DNA of 64,000 nucleotides, from positions 128,001 through 192,000 of the forward strand of contig CAWHEP010000010.1 in assembly GCA_963828525.1 (NCBI GenBank), given 5' to 3'. Below are positions 58,452-64,000 of the stretch, one piece after another. The stretch comes from an uncultured Verrucomicrobiae bacterium (lineage in GTDB: Bacteria > Verrucomicrobiota > Verrucomicrobiia > Chthoniobacterales > Chthoniobacteraceae). Under the pieces are notes generated by a model that had not been told where the DNA came from, did no database searches, and was given only the letters and a program-made list of their open reading frames with translations. Numbering within the stretch: the first letter of the stretch is position 1; every line of letters starts with the position of its first letter. The translations under genes were made by a program, and so were the position numbers.

Positions 58452-60455
58452 TCAGCTCCCCACTGCCACCGGACTGCCAACCAACGGTCCGCTTTTCGCG
58501 CAAAGCGCCAGATGCACCGCGGAAAGCAAATCCCTCGCCGAGTAGGGCTTGTCCAAAAAGCTCGTCACCCCGAGATCCTGCAAGATCGGCTTCTTGTTAT
58601 TATTACTCTCCCCGCTGGAAACAATCACCTTCACCCCGGGTTCTACTTTCTTCAGCGCCTTCACAAGCGCGATTCCATCCATGAGATCCATCTCAATATC
58701 AGTGAGCACCAGGTTTATCTCCTGCCGCCGCTGGAAGTATAGCGCCAGCGCGTCAGTCCCATCTTCCGCCGTGTACGCCCGATATCCATGAGCCTCTAAT
58801 GTCTTGATCGCCGAATTCCGGATCGCCGGCTCATCATCCACCACGAGGATCAGTTCGCCCTGCCCGCGCGGCGCGGGCGCCGCCTCCTCGCGCGTTTCCT
58901 CCGCGCTCTGGTCCGACGCGGGTAAATAGATACGGAATGTCGTCCCCTTCCCGGGCTCGCTTTCCACATTCACGAACCCCGCGTGGCTTCGCACAATTCC
59001 AATCACCGTGGACAGCCCGAGCCCCGTTCCCTTCCCTTGCTCTTTCGTAGTGAAAAATGGGTCGAATATCTTGTCAATCACGTCTCGTGGAATGCCCATG
59101 CCCGAGTCGGTGACTCGTAGCGCGACATAGCGTCCGGGCCTTGCGTCTGGGTGAATCCCCACCCCTTGCTCATCCAGCATCTTCGTTTCCGCGCCTATGA
59201 TCAGGTTTCCCCCATCCGGCATCGCGTCTCGCGCGTTTACGCACAGGTTGAGCAGCACCTGGTGCAGTTGCGTCGCGTCTCCAGACAGCACCGCCAGATT
59301 CTTCGATATTTGCGTCCGCACGCTGATGTTGCGCGGGAACGTTTGGCTCATCATTTTGGCAAGTTCATTCACCAGATGCCGCGGCTGAATCAATATGCGA
59401 TCCCCTTCGGCTCCCCGCGCGAATGTCAGGACCTGCTTCACGATGTCCGCTCCGCGCTCCGCGCTGATCTCGATCGTGCTTAACAGCGTCTTGCTCTCGT
59501 CATCGTCAAGGTTCTGCCGCAGCAGTCCCACCGACATCAGGATCGGCGCCAGGATATTATTCAGATCATGCGCGATCCCGCTCGCGAGCGTTCCAATGCT
59601 CTCCAGGCGTTGCGACCTTAAAAATTGGGCTTCAAGGCTCTTCTTTTCCGTGATGTCCGTGCTGATCACCAGGATGGACTTCGGCTTCCCATCTTCTCCC
59701 GTCACCAGCGTCCACCGGCTGCTTACCGAGATGTCTTTTCCGCTGTTCGAACGGTGCCTGGATTCGCCCTTCCATTCTCCAGCCTTTAGCAACTCATCCC
59801 GCGCTCCTTCGAAGACCGATGGCTCCTGTTTCACCAATTCCGGCAGCGGACGGCTCACCGCGTCGGCGGAAGCCCAGCCGTACAGTGTCTCTGCCCCGGT
59901 GTTCCAGAACTCTACGCACCCGTTTAAATCCGTCCCTATGATCGCGTCATGCGCCATGTTCAGCAGGCTTGCCTGATCCCGTATCCTCCTCTCCGCCATC
60001 TTGCGCTCTGTCGCGTCCAGCGACATCACCAGCATCGCCCTCCGTTCCAGAAACGTGATCCTGCTCCAGATCAGCTCCACATCTATGATCGTGCCATCCT
60101 TCTTGCGGTGCTTCCACGTCGCCGTCTGGTTTAACTCGCTCTGTTCCACCCCACGCCCCCACTGCGACAGCAGGCTGCCAGCCTCTTCCCCAGGCAGTAA
60201 ATCATGCGCTTTCAAACCCAGGAACTCATCCCGCCCATACCCGTAGTGGTTCAAGGCGGCGTCATTCACAGCAAGGAACTCCAGTGTGCGGGTATCGTAC
60301 ACCCACATCGGCAGCGGATTGCTGTCAAACATCAACCCGAAAGCGGCTATTCCCTCAGAAGTCTGCGTGCTCATATTGTCCAAAAAACTCCGCGTTGCCC
60401 TTTGCAATGAAGGCAGCAACCGTGCCACCATGCCTAAAATCAGCCCCTCCTCCAA
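58452..60455 (-). CDS. Hybrid PAS-PAS histidine kinase with receiver domain
   Basis: Two PAS domains, AHDLNN, NLCVNARDA, DPFFTTK, GTGLGL, REC (VVDDE); start uncertain. Confidence 0.93.
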   Translation of the reverse strand: MEEGLILGMVARLLPSLQRATRSFLDNMSTQTSEGIAAFGLMFDSNPLPMWVYDTRTLEFLAVNDAALNHYGYGRDEFLGLKAHDLLPGEEAGSLLSQWGRGVEQSELNQTATWKHRKKDGTIIDVELIWSRITFLERRAMLVMSLDATERKMAERRIRDQASLLNMAHDAIIGTDLNGCVEFWNTGAETLYGWASADAVSRPLPELVKQEPSVFEGARDELLKAGEWKGESRHRSNSGKDISVSSRWTLVTGEDGKPKSILVISTDITEKKSLEAQFLRSQRLESIGTLASGIAHDLNNILAPILMSVGLLRQNLDDDESKTLLSTIEISAERGADIVKQVLTFARGAEGDRILIQPRHLVNELAKMMSQTFPRNISVRTQISKNLAVLSGDATQLHQVLLNLCVNARDAMPDGGNLIIGAETKMLDEQGVGIHPDARPGRYVALRVTDSGMGIPRDVIDKIFDPFFTTKEQGKGTGLGLSTVIGIVRSHAGFVNVESEPGKGTTFRIYLPASDQSAEETREEAAPAPRGQGELILVVDDEPAIRNSAIKTLEAHGYRAYTAEDGTDALALYFQRRQEINLVLTDIEMDLMDGIALVKALKKVEPGVKVIVSSGESNNNKKPILQDLGVTSFLDKPYSARDLLSAVHLALCAKSGPLVGSPVAVGS

Positions 60456-60517
60456 GGGGCCAGCCCATCAACCAATCTCATCCTTTCCGCGCCAAAAGAT
60501 AGTCCCGCTCTTCCTGA

Positions 60518-61723
60518 ATGCAGTCAGCTTCTCTCACAGCACAGCCGCCCGCGCCGCTTCCCAGGCGCGTTCTTTACAGCATCTCCGCTCGAATCGGGGG
60601 CACCGGCCTCGACACCGATTGCTTTGAGGCGCTGCGCGGGTTGCACAGGGCCGGCATCCTTGGACGCGCCGTCGCCTATGCAAATCGACAGACCGAGATC
60701 CCGGCTTCCCTCATCCTGAGCCTTCGCGCTCACCCGGGCAGGCTGCTCCTCTCGCTGGTGCGCCGCCGTTACTTCTACGGCGCCAAAAAACACTTCCTAG
60801 ACCGCGTCACTGCGGTCCAGGTTGCCTCCGGACGCTACGATCTTTTTCACACCTGGTCCGGCGAATGCCTCAGAACTTTGCGGCAGGCCAAGCGCCTCGG
60901 CATCCCCACTCTTGTCGAAATCCCCACCTGGCACCGCAACAAAGGCAAACAGAAGCCGGCCCGCACCATGAGCGAGAGAGCTCGTGATGAGGAAGCCCGC
61001 ATACCCCAGCGCTTCCTAAACTCGATGCTCGTCAGCCGCCAGCAGGTGATGGAAGAATATGATCTGGCCGATCTTCTTCTTGTCCTCTCCCAGCGCGCGA
61101 AAGAAACGTTCCTGGCCGCCGGGGTGCCCGAATCGAAATTGTTTGATCTTCCCCGCGGCGTTGACCCCGACCGTTTTACGCCAGGCACCCCACCCGCCAA
61201 ATTCAGAGCCGTATTTTTGGGAGCTCTCATCAAACGGAAAGGCGTCCACACCCTTCTTGAAGTCTGGCACAAGCTGAACCTCAAGAACGCCGAACTCGTC
61301 CTCGTCGGCTCCGTCCACGACGAGATCAAGCCCTTCCTCGAAAGATTCCCCAGCCCCACCCTCATCCTCGCTGGCTTCACCAAAAACACCCAGGACTACC
61401 TCCGGGGCGCCAGCCTCCACATCTTTCCTTCCACCTGTGAAGGCAGCGCCAAAGTCACTTACGAAGCCGCAGCCTGCGGCCTTCCCCAAATCTCCACTCG
61501 CGAATCCGGCGATGTAGTCATCGATGGCCTCAACGGCCTCGTCGTTCCCTGCGACAATCCGGTCGCTCTTGCCAGCGCCATTCAGCATCTCTACCAGAAC
61601 CCCTCCCTCATGCGCGACATGGGCCTCGCCGCCAGACAGCGCATCATCGATAACTTCACCTGGGACCACTACCGGGCCCGCCTCCTTCAAGCCTACAGCC
61701 TGGCTCTGACAAAGCGGCGGTAA
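60518..61723 (+). CDS. Glycosyltransferase family 4
   Basis: RKGVH, FPSTCEGSAKVTYEAAACGLP. Confidence 0.9.
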   Translation: MQSASLTAQPPAPLPRRVLYSISARIGGTGLDTDCFEALRGLHRAGILGRAVAYANRQTEIPASLILSLRAHPGRLLLSLVRRRYFYGAKKHFLDRVTAVQVASGRYDLFHTWSGECLRTLRQAKRLGIPTLVEIPTWHRNKGKQKPARTMSERARDEEARIPQRFLNSMLVSRQQVMEEYDLADLLLVLSQRAKETFLAAGVPESKLFDLPRGVDPDRFTPGTPPAKFRAVFLGALIKRKGVHTLLEVWHKLNLKNAELVLVGSVHDEIKPFLERFPSPTLILAGFTKNTQDYLRGASLHIFPSTCEGSAKVTYEAAACGLPQISTRESGDVVIDGLNGLVVPCDNPVALASAIQHLYQNPSLMRDMGLAARQRIIDNFTWDHYRARLLQAYSLALTKRR

Positions 61724-61761
61724 ATCTCCCGCTCTTCGCGCCCTCCCTCTCCCCCGTCAGA

Positions 61762-62520
61762 TCAGAAAGGCATCTCAAACGCGTCCGCCGAAGCGGTTGT
61801 CGTTAGAACGAATGTCTTCTCCCCGGAAGATCTCAACTTTGAAACCCAGCCATCCTTGCGCATCGTGCATCCGGGGCAATCCTTGACTTGGAAGTCTGAA
61901 CCTCTCACCACATACAGCATCGCCATCTCGTGTCCGTTCTGCAGGCACATCATCATCACCGGCTTCCCATTCCAGGAGATTGAGCTTGAGCCGATCAACG
62001 ACATCGACGGCATCGCCTTGTTCATTGTGAAGCCGATCTCACGCGCGTTAGGCTGTGAGTTGATCCACTCTCCGACAGCCTTTGAGTCAAAGCACACAAA
62101 CTGCAGAGACGGCATGCTTTTGCTATACCGGATCGCCTCGATGGCCAGACCCTTCTCCCCCGCCTGTGGCGCCCGCGCAAGCCACCCTATCAAGAAGACC
62201 GCTGCCAGAACCGCCGCCACCGCGCCCATGGGCAGCCTGATGAGTTCCCAGAACATCCTGAAAAGGAGCCCGGGCCTCCGAGCCGTCTCGCGCGGAACCC
62301 GCGCGTTAAGCAAGATGTCTTCCCTCAACCCGCTCGCGACTGGCAGGGATCGCAGTGATTTGCCCATCGCCGCGTCAAACCCTCGACTCTTCTCAAACCA
62401 CGCCGCAAGCTCCGGATCAGCCTTGGCCATTCGCAAGGCCTCCGCGAAGATCGGGTCACCCTCGTCCCCACCCGCGGGCCGATAGCACTCCAGTAGAAAT
62501 CGCGCTCGAGCTTTATCCAC
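61762..62520 (-). CDS. Putative single-TM anti-sigma factor
   Basis: Overlaps the ECF sigma gene; cytoplasmic N-domain (DPELAAWF), one TM helix, periplasmic domain. Confidence 0.7.
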   Translation of the reverse strand: MDKARARFLLECYRPAGGDEGDPIFAEALRMAKADPELAAWFEKSRGFDAAMGKSLRSLPVASGLREDILLNARVPRETARRPGLLFRMFWELIRLPMGAVAAVLAAVFLIGWLARAPQAGEKGLAIEAIRYSKSMPSLQFVCFDSKAVGEWINSQPNAREIGFTMNKAMPSMSLIGSSSISWNGKPVMMMCLQNGHEMAMLYVVRGSDFQVKDCPGCTMRKDGWVSKLRSSGEKTFVLTTTASADAFEMPF

Positions 62521-63067
62521 CGTGCCCTCCGCTTTTTGGCTCGATAATTGGGATTACCTTCTCGTCATCCGCCTCGCTGGCCGCCGTCAGGAGTTGCCTC
62601 AACACCTGCTTCCCTCGCGAAAGACGCGACATCACCGTCCCTATTGGGACATTCAAAATTTGCGATATCTCTTTGTAGGAAATTTGTTCGATATAGAAGA
62701 GCGTGATTGGCACCCGAAAATGCTCCTCCATGCTCTGCAAGATCGTAAGTAATGTCTTCGCGTCCATGTTAGCCGCATGATCCTCGGATATTTGAGTCGT
62801 TTCCGAGGCGTTTAATTCCACGTCATGCGCGTGCCGGGTCGTTTCCCTCCGCACGGTGCGTAAAAATTCACGGTGCAAGATCGTAAACAGCCACTGCTTC
62901 CGCTTTCCCGCGTCCCTTAACTGATGAGATCGCGTCTGCGCGATGTAGAACGCCTGCTGCGTCAGGTCACACGCCTCATGATGATCCCGGCATAAGCTTA
63001 GAGCAAAGCGATACGCCCCCTGGTAATTCTCATCGACGAAGCTCTCGAAGCTGTCAGCCATACGCAA
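62513..63067 (-). CDS. ECF RNA polymerase sigma factor
   Basis: ACDLTQQAF, WLFTI, SYKEISQILNVPIGTVMSRLSRGK. Confidence 0.93.
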   Translation of the reverse strand: MRMADSFESFVDENYQGAYRFALSLCRDHHEACDLTQQAFYIAQTRSHQLRDAGKRKQWLFTILHREFLRTVRRETTRHAHDVELNASETTQISEDHAANMDAKTLLTILQSMEEHFRVPITLFYIEQISYKEISQILNVPIGTVMSRLSRGKQVLRQLLTAASEADDEKVIPIIEPKSGGHGG

Positions 63068-63231
63068 ACATTTCTATCCGCATCCCCGCGCGAAGACAAC
63101 CCCGGTTCGAGGAGCAGGAAGAATGCAACGACGTCGGACAGCGACTTCGACTTGCTGCGTCTCGCCTCATGGACGCGTCTCCTTAGCGCTATGGTATGCG
63201 TTGCTCGAAAATGCTCCTTGCCTCTTCCCTG

Positions 63232-63537
63232 CTAATCACAGCGCGCGCACGAATCGATCTCCGCCATTCGGAACGGAACTCCATCTACAATCAGCACAAA
63301 ATCCTTGTCCTTCCGACTCTTGCCAAACAGGTCCGGCTCGTATGGGAGTAAGAGGCCTCGGAAAGTCTGGCCGCACAGCAGCCTGACCTCAACCCGCGTT
63401 TCGATTGGCAACCCAACCCGATAGGCCCACTCTCTCAGGCGCGCCAGCCTCTCCTCGCGCCATTTTGCCACTGCGTCACCCCTTTCGTTCTCCTCACCTT
63501 CCCCCTCAAAATTGAACTCGGCCTGGCTGCCGCCCAT
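63232..63537 (-). CDS. Small hypothetical protein (possible Sm/SH3-like beta-barrel)
   Basis: 101-aa ORF starting 1 bp after the upstream stop; RVEVRLLCGQTFRGLL pattern. Confidence 0.6.
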   Translation of the reverse strand: MGGSQAEFNFEGEGEENERGDAVAKWREERLARLREWAYRVGLPIETRVEVRLLCGQTFRGLLLPYEPDLFGKSRKDKDFVLIVDGVPFRMAEIDSCARCD

Positions 63538-63538
63538 C

Positions 63539-64000
63539 TTACTTCTCGCGCTTCTTCGGAGCGGGACTTCTCGCTCTGAACAGGTTCACCAGAGCCGGCA
63601 GCTCCTGTTGGAACGGCCTGTCCGTAAAAGCGTGTGGCGCCGCCTCTTCTGTCATGCTTCGGCGATCGCACAGCGGCGGTCTATGAAACAGAAAGTTCGT
63701 TGTCTGCATCGCCGTCGTATCTCCTTGTGATGGCTCACTCGCGTCTTCCAGCAGCTTTTGTTCTTCCGGAAGCAGCGCGCCTGTCTTCCCAAGCTTTATA
63801 AACTTTGCCGCGTCATTCCCGCCCTCCGCCGCGAGCAGGATTCCATAATAAGCCGCCGCGCCGGGTGCCTTCAGTTGTTCATCTGTGAGCCGCCGCATGG
63901 TGGCCAGCCCATCAGCAGTCCTCCCTTGCAGATACATCGCCAGGGCGTAAGTGGCCGCAAAATGAGGCTCTGTCGGATTCCTCTCATTCAGCTCGCTGGC
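63539..64000 (-). CDS. C-terminal part of a TPR-like hypothetical protein (starts beyond the window)
   Basis: Frame is open to the window edge: ...FAATYALAMYLQGR...AAYYGILLAA...LLPEEQKLL. Confidence 0.65.
   Translation of the reverse strand, partial: ASELNERNPTEPHFAATYALAMYLQGRTADGLATMRRLTDEQLKAPGAAAYYGILLAAEGGNDAAKFIKLGKTGALLPEEQKLLEDASEPSQGDTTAMQTTNFLFHRPPLCDRRSMTEEAAPHAFTDRPFQQELPALVNLFRARSPAPKKREK

Overview
Gene-dense, GC-rich bacterial chromosome segment. The gene families (PEP-CTERM protein, LpxI, Zn-free L33/S18, lineage-type hypotheticals) suggest Verrucomicrobiota, but this is inference. Contents in order: (1) surface-polysaccharide genes (flippase, GT4s, O-antigen ligase/TPR, FkbM, sugar oxidoreductases); (2) a three-gene operon with a sigma54-type promoter, encoding a class-A-beta-lactamase-like serine hydrolase, an M15 Zn-peptidase and a divergent PafA/Dop (Pup-ligase-fold) protein, with no pup or proteasome gene in the window. 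This is the best candidate for an undescribed system. (3) lpxI-gnnA-like-lpxB coupled to a cytochrome P450, then KirBac, a PEP-CTERM gene and lpxA; (4) nrdB-nrdA-dcd under NrdR boxes and a cobalamin riboswitch. NrdB has class Ic signatures and dcd appears to start at a non-AUG codon. (5) a nucleoid-protein-like gene and TlpA; (6) a cNMP-patatin/CoA-ligase/beta-oxidation operon; (7) RlmD-like methylase, a two-component pair, a decayed amtB with intact P-II, an APC-USP transporter, yebC, surA, pdxA; (8) an AAA+/DUF4143-type ATPase-nuclease preceded by a 42-48 bp palindrome; (9) dksA-like, rpmG, rpsR, xerD, alr, an orphan RelE-fold gene, a PLP enzyme, a GT-C protein, a hybrid kinase and an ECF sigma/anti-sigma pair. 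Three single-base frameshifts in otherwise intact genes are probably assembly errors. I saw no rRNA, tRNA, CRISPR array or transposase. All family assignments come from motif recognition by eye, not database searches.
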